Shown: positions 36,257 through 49,229 of the stretch, piece by piece
How positions within the stretch are numbered: position 1 is the first letter of the stretch
How the letters are laid out: every line of letters begins with the position of its first letter
Assembly: GCA_044892525.1 (NCBI GenBank)
Contig: CM097885.1
Coordinates: 19,346,001-19,410,000 of the forward strand
Source of the DNA: Schmidtea polychroa
Taxonomy: Eukaryota
Direction of reading: 5' to 3'
DNA length: 64,000 bases
The notes under the pieces: model-generated
Seen by the model: only the letters and a program-made list of their open reading frames with translations
What the model was told of the DNA's origin: nothing
Databases searched by the model: none
Made by a program: the position numbers and the translations under genes

Positions 36257-37548
36257 TTAAGAATCTCCCCTAACATTTTCGATTATTGAAATCTTTCCAC
36301 CATATAATTTCATTTCTATTTTCTTTTCTTTTCTTCTAATATTAATGTATATACTTTAGCTTTAAAATTAGAATCCTTTGTTACATGAAGTGTAACATCA
36401 ACATTATTTATGGCTAGGCGATCATCTTGGTCTGAAACATTTATACAAAATATAGAATATAAATTTTTGAAATCTTCTAAACTTAATTGCGGTTCAACTT
36501 TGAAATCATAACATGTTTCAATATAATTTAGATATGGGAATATGTTTTCATTATTTTCAATATTAAATTCCATTCTATTTATTGGATAATAAGAACTATT
36601 TAATTGAATTTGGATTGTTTTTAAATTATCAACTCCAATCTTTTGAATAAACAAGTTGTTATTTTTTTGGAAAGATGAATCTACTTCTTTGAATCCAATC
36701 AAGATATATCTTGGTCGGTATGCTAAATTTGCTACCTTTATAGAATATGTTGAACCCTCTGTCATACTAAATTCACTACAGATTCTATTTAAATAATTTA
36801 CATTTATAGACTTGTTGGAATTTAATCTTTCAAGGAGTTTGATTTCAGAATGTGGATTTAATGTCCATTCAGGTATATGCAATTCAAGTGTTGATATTTT
36901 TAATTTAGCTGTTGTATCCTTATCTCCATAGAACAATCTTTTATCACCTTCTACTCTATTACAAACTAATTCTATAAAAACATTATTAAGTATACGATTA
37001 TAGTTTTGAAGGAATCCAAACTAGTGTTTTAATTCAAAATAACCTTCAAATTTTTTAGATTTATAAAGTTCAGCTCTTTTATAGTAACCATAATTTATAT
37101 CTAAACCATCTTTTTCTAAATCTCCTTTATTAACATCAGGAATCCAGCCTGTTAATTCACCATATTCATTTTTATAATCACAACCAGTCAAAATAAAATT
37201 TAACATTGTAGAATATACTCCGGGATGCAAAACAGTTTCAATTTCTGATGATCCTAGTTTTAATCTCATGTTGGAGAATAAATTTGGAAAGAAATTATTT
37301 TCTAGGGTTAGATCTTTGTTTGCTTCAATTTCTAATTCGATTTTATAATATAATTTGGCATTACAAATATCTATAGGGTTTGATGTTTGAAGAGATTGAA
37401 AAACTATATCACCCCTACGATTTAAGTTTGCAATAGATCCTGAAGTTGGTGAGATTTTAAGTACATCATTTTTCTTGATTTCATGAGTAAATTCTTTATT
37501 ATAATCAAGATTTAATTTATTTTTTTCTTGAATTTTTATATTATTCAT
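36257..37548 (-). pseudogene. Major capsid protein (double jelly-roll), one stop plus C-terminal frameshift
   Basis: ORFs 37021-37548 and 36316-36936 are in one frame; NLNRRGDIVF, NNFFPNLFSNMRL, RPRYILIGF, LNSSYYP, YSIFCINVSDQ. Confidence 0.8.
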
Positions 37549-37604
37549 TTTTATATATTAAAATTTACACACACAAAATAGGATTAATTAAATATATTAT
37601 GTAA

Positions 37605-37677
37605 GCCATTATAGCGGAGTGGGAATAGGCTTCAATTTTATCACCGGAGTACCGGGTTCAATTTTCGATTTTGGTCA
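37605..37677 (+). ncRNA. tRNA-like Pol III unit 1
   Basis: A-box TAGCGGAGTGG at 37612, B-box-like GGTTCAATTTTC, GCCA/TGGT end pairing, T7 run just downstream. Confidence 0.45.
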
Positions 37678-37848
37678 ATTTTTTTCGATATTTTCTTTTT
37701 CAACGGAATTTGATTCAGCGTACTGATTTTAGTATATATTTAAATTTTCAGATGGATCTGAGTGGAAGTTGTCGAGAAAATGAATAATTAATTATTAATT
37801 TCATCAATAAATAGTCACACATTAACAACTTATTTTATATTGAGTATA

Positions 37849-37920
37849 GCTCTAATAGCTTAGTGGTAATAGCACTGGACTGCATTGCCAATACCAATGG
37901 GTTCAAATCCCATTTCGGTC
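37849..37920 (+). ncRNA. tRNA-like Pol III unit 2 (Cys-GCA-like)
   Basis: A-box TAGCTTAGTGG, D-stem GCT/AGC, TGGA-CTGCATT-GCCA arm, perfect T-arm ATGGG-TTCAAAT-CCCAT, TTTT downstream; weak acceptor stem. Confidence 0.6.
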
Positions 37921-38085
37921 ATTTTCTTTCAAATCTTTTTTAACGAAATATTGATCAGCATACTCGATTTAGTACTTGTACAAATTTTTAAGGAGATTGG
38001 TCAACGGCAACTCTTGGAAATTTAAGATCAAAAACGTTTTAACTACCAAAAATTAATATATCCAATAAAAAAAATATTTATAAAA

Positions 38086-38351
38086 ATGGATGAGTTAAAA
38101 GAATGAGAAATGAATTGAATGAAGTTAAACATAAGAGAATGAAAAGAAGAGAAGAAGAACCATTAGAATACATCAAAGAGTTGATGGTAGATAATGAAAA
38201 GTATCGACATTTTTATATGAAGGCTGTAGATGTTGCTGATATAAGATTGAAGAAAATGAAACAATTACAGGAAAGAGTTAAAGAACTTGAATCGATTATT
38301 TATAGTCTAAAAAATAACAATAATCCAAACCTAGATAGCGCAGTGGGCTAG
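38086..38351 (+). pseudogene. Small coiled-coil protein, 1-nt frameshift after MDELK
   Basis: ATG 38086 follows the CCAAT-N19 motif; ORF 38103-38351 continues in a shifted frame. Confidence 0.5.
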
Positions 38352-39336
38352 ACTGGCACAGTGGTTCAAATGGATGGTGGTTCAAATCCTAACTGTGGTT
38401 AGTTTTTTTTCAACATAAAATAATATTAAAAATTTGAAAATAATAGTGTGGGTATCTTAGATTTATATTTTATTTTATTTTTTTTTATTTTATTTTATTT
38501 TATTTTATTTATTTTATTTATTTTATTTATTTTATTTATTTTATTTATTTTATTTATTTTATTTATTTTATTTATTTTATTTATTTTATTTATTTTATTT
38601 ATTTTATTTATTTTATTTATTTTATTAATTATTTTATATTTAAACATAAATATGAAAAAAAACTTATTGAAACGGGTGATGGTGGCGAACCGGTAATTAT
38701 CGCCACCTGTCTTTCGAACACCCCCGGATCGATTCTTTAATGTGCACATTTATTTCTCAGTTGTTTTCGGACCTCTTTCGGATTCACTTTCGAATTCATT
38801 TGTACTTTCGAGCAGCACGCTTAAAACGCCGATGAAATCGTATTCGAGCGAGAAGCGAATAATAAGGTGTGCTGCTATTATCGAATTGATTCTGATGTAT
38901 GAGTCTGGCCAGCTTGTATATTGGAAGAGATTTGATAAACGAAAGAGGTTGATAAATAAAAAAAATATCCGGATCAAAAACTGTTGAGAGGACAGTGAAA
39001 AAAAACAAAAATACCACTGTCCTCTCAGAGCAGTTTTACTATTTTTCATTTATTTTTTAATTTATATAATTTAAAATCAATAATCTGATAAAGATCAACT
39101 CCGGAGTTTGATTGATCCCAAATAGCCCTCTAACTTTTTCATAATGCCATTTTCTTTTCTATTCACTTTTTAGTTTGAAGCTTTTGAGTTTGAGGCTTTA
39201 AAGATTAAGGGTGGTTGTTGTTTAAAATATGGGGTTAAAATACTATAAAAGCATAGGTTTTATGTTGTTTTTCTAATGGTTTAAGCGTAATGTAGGTATG
39301 TTTTTGTTGGGAGGGCTGTTTGGGTTGGGTATATAT
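38310..39336. repeat. Right TIR of inner Polinton (last 10 bp missing)
   Basis: Ends GGGTATATAT; ACACACTACT is absent. Confidence 0.93.
38329..38400 (+). ncRNA. tRNA-like Pol III unit 3 in right TIR
   Basis: A-box TAGCGCAGTGG (38336), B-box GGTTCAAATCC (38379), ACC/GGT ends, T8 at 38403. Confidence 0.55.
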
Positions 39337-41057
39337 GTTAATACATGTTCGTAAGTTACTGGTTGTTGGTACTAAGTTGTTGGTTTGTTGTTGAATTATT
39401 ATTAAAATTTGTCTTTGAAAAATATTTCATAAAAATTTCAATTAAAAATTACCATTGAAAAATAATTCATTAAAATTTCTATTAAAAATTACTTAAAAAT
39501 TATTTCATAAAAATTTTCATTAAAAATTTTCAATTCTCAAACACCTTCTATTATTTTATAATTAAATTTTAAAATCTTACTTTAATTTACTTTAATTTAC
39601 TTATTTAAAATTTTTTACCATTGATTACTTAATTTAAAAATTATTACTTTAATTTACTTATTTAAAATTTTTTACCTTTGATTACTTAATTTAAAATTTG
39701 GACCTTAATTAACTTTAATTTAATTTTTAGAACCTTAATTTACTTTAATTTAAAAATTTGGACCATTATTTACTGTAATTTAATTTTTAAGAACCATAAT
39801 TTACTGTAATTGAAAAATTTGAGCCATAATTTACTGTAATTTAAAAATTTGAGCCATAATTTACTGTAATTTAATTTTTTAGAACCATAATTTACTGTAA
39901 TTTAATTTTTTAGGACCATAATTAACTGTAATTTAATTTTTAGACCCATTACTTACTGTAATTGAAAAATTTGAACCATAATTTACTGTAATTCAAAATT
40001 TTTGACCATAATTTACTGTAATTTAATTTTTTAGAACCATTATTTACTATAATTGAAAAATTTGGACCATAATTTACTGTAATTCAAAATTTTTGACCAT
40101 AATTTACTGTAATTTAATTTTTAAGAACCATTATTTACTGTAATTCAAAAATTTGAGCCATAATTTACTGTAATTCAAAAATTTTGACCATAATTTACTT
40201 TAATTGAAAAATTTACCACGTTTTTTAGTGTATACCCCTTTTTCTCAGGACCAAGGAGACCCACCTTAATTTAATTCGAAAAATCCATGCTTTTTTATTG
40301 ATAGTCGGATTTTTGTATTGAAAATATCCTGAGACCTTAAATTACCATGCTTTTTTATTGAAGACCGCCTTTTTGTATTGAAAAAATCCTGAGACCTTAA
40401 ATTACCATGCTTTTTTATTGAAGACCGCCTTTTTCTATTGAAAATCCCAGGACCAAGGAGACCCCCTCACTATAGTCAGAATAATCCATGCTTTTTTATT
40501 GAAGACCGCCTTTTTCTATTGAAATTCTCAGGACCAAGGAGACCCACCTCACTATAGTCTGAAAAATTCCATACTTTTTTAGTGGTAGTCGGATTTTTGT
40601 ATTGAAATTCTCAGGACCAAGGAGACCCCCTCACTATAGTGTGAAAATTCTATGCTTCTTTAGTGGTAGTCGGATTTTTGTATAGAAAAAATTTTTTTTG
40701 TATTGAAAATCCCAGGACCATCGAGACCTCCTCACTATAGTCTGAAAATTCCATGCTTTTTTAGTGGTAGTCTGATTTTTGTATTGAAAAAAATTTTTTG
40801 TATTGAAAATCCCAGGACCATCGTTTTTGTATTGAAAAAATTTTTTTTTGTATTGAAAATCCCAGGACCATCGTTTTTGTATTGAAAAAAATTTTTTTGT
40901 ATTGAAAATCCCAGGACCATCGAGACCCTCTCACTATAGTGTGGAACAATTGCGTAATAAAACAGTTGCCGCAAAAAAAAAGTTGCCGCAAAGAAAAAGT
41001 TGCCGCAGGGGGTGGGAGGGGGGGGGGTTTGCGGCAGTGGGCTCCTAACTACCTACT
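39337..41057. repeat. Outer part of the right TIR of the outer Polinton
   Basis: Reverse complement of 11678-11720 plus 13390-14500 with different repeat copy numbers. Confidence 0.9.
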
Positions 41058-41630
41058 TATTAGCTAAAAGTATACTAAATAAAATGTATTTATTTTTCAC
41101 CGAAATTTTTCCATAGAATTCGAATCACGTTTAGCCTTATTTCGCTTAGCGTTATGAAAACTTGGAACACATGTTTCACGGTAAGTAAGATATTAGATAT
41201 TACTCTACGCTTCTAGCTAACATGCTTAATTAATTAATAAAAGCATTTTCCGTGAGTATTTTCATACATTAAAAAGGTTTTCTTGATCTAAAAATGTTCC
41301 AGTACCTCTTGCTTAGAAAATTCTGAGATAATAACTGAAATACATAAATTTAAATAATTGAATAAATATTAAATATCCTTGTTCCTATTTTCATGTTCAC
41401 AGTTTTATTTTAAATTGCTGTTTAAAATATTTCTTACTAATTCCAAGCTAAATGAAAGAATAATAATATATTATATTGTATATAACAATTGTTTGCCAAA
41501 ATTATGCAAATATTTTGGTCGAGAATGTGTCAGAAAATAACACGCAAAGATAACCGTAAGTTTTGAAAGAGTTTTCTAAAGCAGCAGACTGCGCAACTAA
41601 CAAAAATTTAAAAATATATTTATAATGATA

Positions 41631-41829
<199 letters not shown>

Positions 41830-42118
41830 TGATTTCACATTATATTGTCGGTGCTTTTAATTTGTTTTATTTGAATTATTTCTATTGTCATTGTTAAAAT
41901 AATTTGTCATTTTAGAGTAATGATTTAAGGAAATTTTAATAAAATTAATCTCCAGGAAATTCCCTCAGAGAATTAATTTAATTTAATTTAAGGTGCTCTC
42001 TAACATAGATAAAACGTTATAAAATCATCGAATTAAATATCTATCTAAATGAGTTCCATGTTTGTTTTAATTATTTTGAATTTTATAAATTTATAAAGAT
42101 TTTTATAAAAAATATAAA

Positions 42119-42451
42119 TTATAAGAACTTTTTTCAATTTTCACCAGTGATTTCTTTTCAATTGACATTGTATTTATTATCAAAATCTTTCTGGATCAAA
42201 ATAACTTGAAAAGGCAGTGCCGAAAATTTGTGAATATCAAAAAAACATCGATATATTTACTGATTCACAGTCAAGCTATTTATTAAATACAAAAAATATA
42301 AAGTTTCTAGTGGAAGAAGCCAAATTCGTGCCGAAAATTCGTAAACATCAAAAAAACGTCGCTATCTTTACTGATTCACAGCCAATTTTTTAATAAATAC
42401 AATGACAATTGAAAAGAAATCAGAGGTGAAAATTGAAAGAAGTTCTTATAA
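42119..42451. repeat. Palindromic MITE-like repeat
   Basis: TTATAAGAACTT.TTTCAATTTTCACC...GGTGAAAATTGAAAGAAGTTCTTATAA; related to 4556-4690 and 43810-43995. Confidence 0.65.
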
Positions 42452-44320
42452 CACTATCTTAATGTTTTATATTTAATTAATTTAATTTTAATTATTAACC
42501 AAAAAAATCAATTTTTAATATTTTTTTTGTTTTATTTATTGAAACAAGTGTATTTAATGATTATATATATATATATATTTAATGATTCTGAAATTATTTT
42601 GTTTATAATTTCAGACATCATGTTTATGGTAAAGAATGACCACATAACCCTACGAAAATTAATTATACAGAATTCAATAGGCGCTACGAGATATTGAAGA
42701 AAGAACTATGTTGAATAATATTTTACAAATATTACAATTAAACTATTTACATTAACAGGATTCTGTATTTACCAATTCATATTTAAATGTGAACTTTGAT
42801 TAAAAGGTCTCTCCTGTTACAATCCCTAAATACCTTCTAAATAATTTCAAACCGAAGTTATCAAAACTTCTTTCTTTCTTTCGATCTGCAGTAACCTTTT
42901 CTATAAACATCGCTTAACCATTTACTAGAAAAATACTTACTTTATGGTTTCTTAAAATTTCTCAAATATTTTCTAAACCGATTTCAAAGATTTATAGCTT
43001 ATTCGATTAGCAACAATCTCTTCTACAAATTCATACTAACAATTTTTCTAAAATAAGAAATTAATTAGTTAATAAAATTGCATTTAAAAACAATTTTTTA
43101 TTCGTATAAATTTCCTCCACAGATTTTATTCAATTCCTCTACTAATTGATACTTTTTCTCAATGTTTCATAAATGTTTCCGGTGGATTTCATTCGATCCG
43201 TAACAATTATTATAATTAATAGAAAAATCAACAAATTTTATAATAAGACGACACCTCAACTTTCCTGTGTTAAAAATCTTATGACACTGGATAACACCTT
43301 TATTATAAGATTCTGACTTGATCAGAGAAATATTTTCTCTTCCACGAAATTCCTTTAATAAAAACCCTACCAAATAGTTATCATAAAATTGAGTTTAATA
43401 CTGGGCCGTTTTAAGAAATTCCGCGCCCGTGGGCTGCAAAATTATTGTTCCCCTCTTTGTAAAAAAATTCACAGAATAACAAACGGTAGCAAAACAGCAG
43501 CAAAGTTATACAAAAATATCAGAACTAAAAATATCAATTTATTACCTATATACAAAACAAAAACACAAAATTTAATTAAATAAAAGAACAAAAACTAACC
43601 TTAATGCAAACAAGAAACAAAAGTAACTTATCTATTTATTTTCCTAACTTTTTCTTTGGCAAACTGATCAATAATATCCCTCGTATTTATATGAGATATA
43701 TTGAATTACTAGATTTAATAAAAGTTCAACATTTTATAAATGGGCAATTGAAAAATATTACATATTAATTAATTTTTTATATATTTATCATTATATTTAT
43801 ATTTATATATTGAATTAAAAAGAGAGCTTGAAGACTATAAATCAGTAATATATCGATGTTTGTTGAAACTCACGAATTTTCAGCACTGCCTTTTACAAGT
43901 GAATTTTCAAGTGATTTATAGTCTTCAAACTCTCTTTTTAATTCAATGGATAAAAAATTCAGTGGTGAAATTGGAAGAAATAAAAGTTCTTATAATAATA
44001 TTTATATATATTTATCATTATTAATTAATTTCACGCTAACATGTATGTCAAAGGAAAAGCACTTACCTTAGGAATATAATAATATAATTTAATAATTTCA
44101 CTTAATTCTCAACTTCCAATTCACCTTACTCAGTCGAATAATACTAAAATTATATCAACTTTATTTTCGGCGATTAATCTTTATTTGGGTATGCATCCGT
44201 AACTTGGTCCTATCTCGTAGTAGGATTATTAAGATAATACAAATTACGTTTAGATAAAGAAATAAATCTGCGCGGCGAGTATATATAGGTGGTCAACTCA
44301 TATTTAAGTCGTCCATCAAA

Positions 44321-45367
44321 AGTAGGTAGTTAGGAGCGTACTGCAGCAATGACCCCCGGGGGGGGGGGGGGGGGGGGTTGCTGAAACTTTTTTTTCTGCT
44401 GCAACTTTTGATTACGCAATTGCTGCAACTCACATTTTTTGTGTCCAGGGATTTTTGGTCCAAACTTTTTTTTTCAATACAAAAACGATGGTTCTGGGAT
44501 TTTCAATACAAAATTTTTTTTCAATACAAAAAGGCGGTCTCAATAAAAAGCATGGAATTTTCACACTATAGTGAGGGGGTCTCGATGGTCCTGGGATTTT
44601 CAATACAAAATTTTTTTTTCAATACAAAAATCCGACTATCACTAAAAAAGCATGGTAATTTAAGGTCTCAGGATATTTTCAATACAAATAGGTGGTCTAC
44701 AATGATTCTGCAATGATTCGAGATAATTTATTAGATACTTCCAATTACAATAGTTGTCATTCCTTATATAGTAAGAACCTTGATTCAGTCATTGGAAAGT
44801 TCAAAGACGAGAATAAAGGTCTTAAATATAAGGAGTGGGTTTTTCTTAGACCTAAATGTTATAGCTTGTTGGGTGATGAGGAAACAAAAAAGGCTAAAGG
44901 TGTAACATTGAAAGGTAGTGACATAAAACATCAGTCATACCTGGATTGTTATAACACTAACCAGATTTTATCGGTTCCTCAGACTAAAATAACAAGCAAA
45001 AATCATCAAATTTTTACAATTAAAAACACAAAAATAGCACTTACTAACAAAGATGACAAAAGGGTTTGGGTGAGGAAAAATACTAGTCTTGCATATGGGC
45101 ATGTAAGATTAAGTGAATTAAATTTTGGAGAAAATGTTGGAGAAATTGTTGGAGAAGATGAGGAAGAATTTAATGAAGAAGATTTGGAGAAGATGATATA
45201 GATGACGTTATTTGTCCGATGAGGACTAATTTTATTGAATAAATTTTATATCTTTACATTTGTTATTTGTTTTGTAAATGTTTATGTTTGTTATGTGTCT
45301 AGTTCATTTTTATGTGTTTATATGTTTTGTTATGTGTCTAGTTCATTTTTTATGTATTTGGTCGATA

Positions 45368-45435
<68 letters not shown>

Positions 45436-46670
45436 CATTAAAATTTCCATTAAAAATTACCATTGAAAAATATTTCATTAAAATTTACATTAAAAAATTT
45501 CATAAAAATTTTCATTAAAAAATTTCAATTCTCAAACACCTTCAACTTTTTGTTAATAAATTTTAAAATCTTACTTTAATTTACTTATTTAAAATTTTTT
45601 ACCATTGATTACTTAATTTAAAAATTATTACTTTAATTTACTTATTTAAAATTTTTTACCATTGATTACTTAATTTTAAAATTTGGACCATTATTTACTT
45701 TAATTTAATTTTTAGAACCTAAATTTACTTTAATTTTAAAATTTGAACCATAATTTACTTTAATTTAATTTTTAGAACCAAAATTTACTTTAATTTAATT
45801 TTTAGGATCATAATTTACTGTATTTGAAAAATTTGGACCTTAATTAACTTTAATTTAATTTTTAGGACTATAATTTACTTTAATTTAATTTTTAGAACCA
45901 TAATTTACTGTATTTGAAAAATTTGGACCAGATTTTCTATAATTTAAAAATTTGGACCTTAATTAACTTTAATTTAATTTATTTTGGACCATAATTACCT
46001 TATTTGAAAAATTTGAACCATTATTTACTTTAATTTAATTTTAAGACCCATAATTTACTTTAATTTTAAAATTTGGACCATAATTTACTTTAATCTAATT
46101 TTTAGGACCATTATTTACTTTAATTTAAATTTTAGGACCATTATTTACTGTAATTTAATTTTTAGGACCATTATTTACTGTAATTTAATTTTTTTAGGAC
46201 CATTATTTACTGTAATTTAATTTTTTTAGGACCATTATTTACTTTAATTGAAAAATTTACCACGTTTTTTAGTGTAGACCACCTATTTGTATTGAAAATA
46301 TATCCTGAGACCTTAAATTACCATGCTTTTTTAGTGGTAGTCGGATTTTTGTATTGAAAATATCTTGAGACCTTAAATTACCATGCTTTTTTTAGTGTAG
46401 ACCACCTATTTGTATTGAAAATATCCTGAGACCTTAAATTACCATGCTTTTTTAGTGATAGTCGGATTTTTGTATTGAAAATCCCAGGACCATCGTTTTT
46501 GTATTGAAAAAAAAAATTTGGACCAAAAATCCCTGAACGCAAAAAATGTGAGTTGCAGCAATTGCGTAATCAAAAGTTGCAGCAGAAAAAAAAGTTGCAG
46601 CAAAAAAAAAGTTGCAGCAGACCCCACCCCCGGGGGGGTCATTGCTGCAGTACGCTCCTAACTACCTACT
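44321..46670 (+). mobile_element. 2.35-kb mini-Polinton related to the outer element
   Basis: Termini AGTAGGTAGTTAGGAGCGTACTGCAGC / GCTGCAGTACGCTCCTAACTACCTACT; 6-bp TSD ATCAAA; same TIR repeat blocks. Confidence 0.93.
44710..45201 (+). pseudogene. pPolB C-terminal fragment
   Basis: LDTSNY, IGKFKDE, LRPKCYS, KAKGV, KIALTNKDDKR. Confidence 0.9.
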
Positions 46671-47249
46671 ATCAAAATTTATGGCATCACAAATTATTGT
46701 AATATCATTTGTCATATCAGAACATTTGAATATTAAAATCGATTAAAAATTTTAAGAAATTGTTTTAATTTAAAAATACTTGAAAATTAATAAAATGAAA
46801 AATGAATTTTTATAAAACTAATAACTAAATAACTAATAATTACAAAAAAACATATACATCGCAAATAAAAATTGACGCCGCAAAAAGCTTGCACCCTGTG
46901 GCTAAAGCCTATTTAACCCTGTAGTTAGGACAGCCCTGGTTTAATAGCACAAAATCTTTATATTGAAATTTTCTTTTAAGATAATAAATATTGAAATTAT
47001 ATTTTGGTTATTAAAAAACTTTTTTTATTTTATCATTTACTAATAATATTCTTACTTAATTCATGATTTTATAAAATCCCAATTCATTGAAATTCATCGA
47101 CAAAAAGCATGTAAAATAATTTTCGTTAGAAAGTCAATAATTAATTACATTAAAATTGATAAATAAGAATTAGTTAATGGCCAATGTATATAATGGCATG
47201 TTCTACAAGTTATATATAATTGTTATTTGACAGATTTTCAATAAAACAA

Positions 47250-47410
<161 letters not shown>

Positions 47411-47622
47411 CTAGTTACTAAAGATATAGTTAGATCTCTCAATCTTTTCTCTGTTTTCTACATTGGTTATCTATGTTCAATCTCGCATTTTTAAGCTATT
47501 TTTATTCTAGCTATTAATGAAAAATTCTTGTCATATATCAATTCTGTATTGTTAGTGAATTTATTTTTAAATGTTTTTATTTTAGTAAATTAAAGCTTCA
47601 GCAAGTAGACGTTAATCAAATT

Positions 47623-47780
<158 letters not shown>

Positions 47781-48201
47781 CCTAATTATTCACGGATGCT
47801 CTGTATAAACTCAAATATTTGCAAGAAATCTCTAATTGACATTCTTAATTTATGTGAAATACTAATTTGTTCAATTACTAAAATCTTTGCTTTCAATTTA
47901 GGTAATTATTTTTAATTACTTTTCTGCAAACTTTTCCATAATCTCCGAACAAATCAAAATTTTCACTTTATTTCCAGATTTTAATTGGGAATTGTTCTTA
48001 AGAATTGACATTTTTTGTATTTTTTTAAACATTTTGACAATGTCTTTATATAAATTATTGATAGGTTATACGGAAAATAAATTTTATTCTGACTCGGTGT
48101 CTTTTGAATGAAAACAACGAGACCCAACAACAATAAGTTTTTTTTACAAATTATTACAAAATGAGCATGACCCTGATGTTTATTACACTTGACAATAATA
48201 G

Positions 48202-48521
48202 TGTAGTGAGCCATTACACGGCCTTAACAATATCTATATACCTATTATACTATATTATATTATATTATATTACATTATATTATATATATATATATATATA
48301 TATAAATGCGCGGTCACCAACGAACAAGGACCAATCAGAACACAATTATAGTCAATCAAAAGTCGTGCGATCAGCTAATACTTCTACTTATCAATCAGGC
48401 TCTATTAATCAATCTCAGACGAGTAAAGCAAATTCGATGCCATGTTATCATTATCAAGATAAACTGTATTCGGCTCCCAATAGTTTTAGTGTTGGCTCTC
48501 ATAGACCAACACTCTCATCCA
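48202..48521 (+). repeat. 5' LTR (last bases and PBS deleted)
   Basis: Begins TGTAGTGAGCC; matches 52744-53049 up to CTCATCCA, then runs directly into gag. Confidence 0.9.
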
Positions 48522-49229
48522 GAACCTACAGCTGCCGTCTTCACTAAATACTTTAAGACGCAAACTTTGGGCAGCAGAAAACCATCACAGTTCTTGCAAC
48601 ACGCTATGGCGGAACGAACGCAAATACATCCGGAGGCTGCGGCGGATCAAAAACTCTTGAGGCATTTTTTTCTGTCTGCTTTACCGCCACACGCACAACA
48701 AATTTTAGCGCTTTCGTCAAGAGCAGACGTGGTAGAGCTAGCAAAGATGGCCGACAAGATTAACGAAGTCGTGCCACTTGGTCCGCAACCAACTTGCTCT
48801 GTGCAGTTAAGTAGCAGTACTAACCCCGAAATTTTACCTTCTTCTTCTTCTTCTTTAAAACCTTCGACCGAAGAAGCCTTACTTTGCGCTATTACAGGCC
48901 TCACTAAACGCATCAGCGAGCTTGAGAATAGCATGTCCACCAGGCGGACAAATGACGACAGGCAATATGCCCAAAAATCACACTTTGTGCAAAATACTCT
49001 TCAACGTTCACCTTTCCCTGCAACCAGGAACCTGTGCCGTTTCCATTTTAAGTTTCGTAACAAGGCACGGTTCTGCCATCTAGGTTGCAATTGGCGAGAT
49101 AAAGCACCATCCTGTCAGATACTTGACAAATGTATATACCACGACAGGTTTGGAGATAAAGCCTTAAAATGCTTCGAAGGCTGCTCCAATTACAAAAAAC
49201 CTAAAGCAAGCAATCAAAAAAACTTCTAA
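48522..49229 (+). pseudogene. Gypsy Gag, N-terminus deleted
   Basis: LGSRKPSQFL, LAKMADKI, two C..H..F...A..C...C boxes. The N-terminal part of the predicted ORF 48306 is LTR sequence. Confidence 0.85.
49217..49223 (+). promoter_or_regulatory. -1 ribosomal frameshift slippery site A AAA AAC
   Basis: In gag frame two codons before the TAA; pol lies in the -1 frame. Confidence 0.7.

Larger units (their letters stand above)
24289..39336 (+). mobile_element. Inner Polinton/adintovirus-like endogenous virus, ~15 kb, near-complete gene set
   Basis: Starts AGTAGTGTGTATATATACCC; ~1-kb near-identical TIRs; pPolB, integrase, ATPase, protease and major and minor capsid genes. Confidence 0.95.
11678..41057 (+). 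mobile_element. Outer Polinton/Maverick, internally deleted, with nested insertions
   Basis: Termini AGTAGGTAGTTAGGAGCCCACTGCCGC / GCGGCAGTGGGCTCCTAACTACCTACT; 6-bp TSD TATTAG at 11672-11677 and 41058-41063; integrase, PX, PW and PY genes inside. Confidence 0.93.
43401..46938 (-). mobile_element. Old deleted hAT element hosting the mini-Polinton
   Basis: 8-bp TSD GTTTAATA (43393-43400, 46939-46946); ends CTGGGCCGTTTTAA / TTAGGACAGCCCTG; remnant RDIIDQFAKEKVRK near 43640-43690. Confidence 0.7.

Noticed and set aside
25926..37023. Alternative genetic code or programmed readthrough explaining in-frame stops
   Set aside because: TGA, TAA and TAG all occur along with frameshifts, and the paralog at 1-1943 has sense codons at both pPolB stop positions.
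37849..37920. Functional tRNA-Cys gene
   Set aside because: Acceptor and anticodon stems pair poorly; kept only as a tRNA-like unit.
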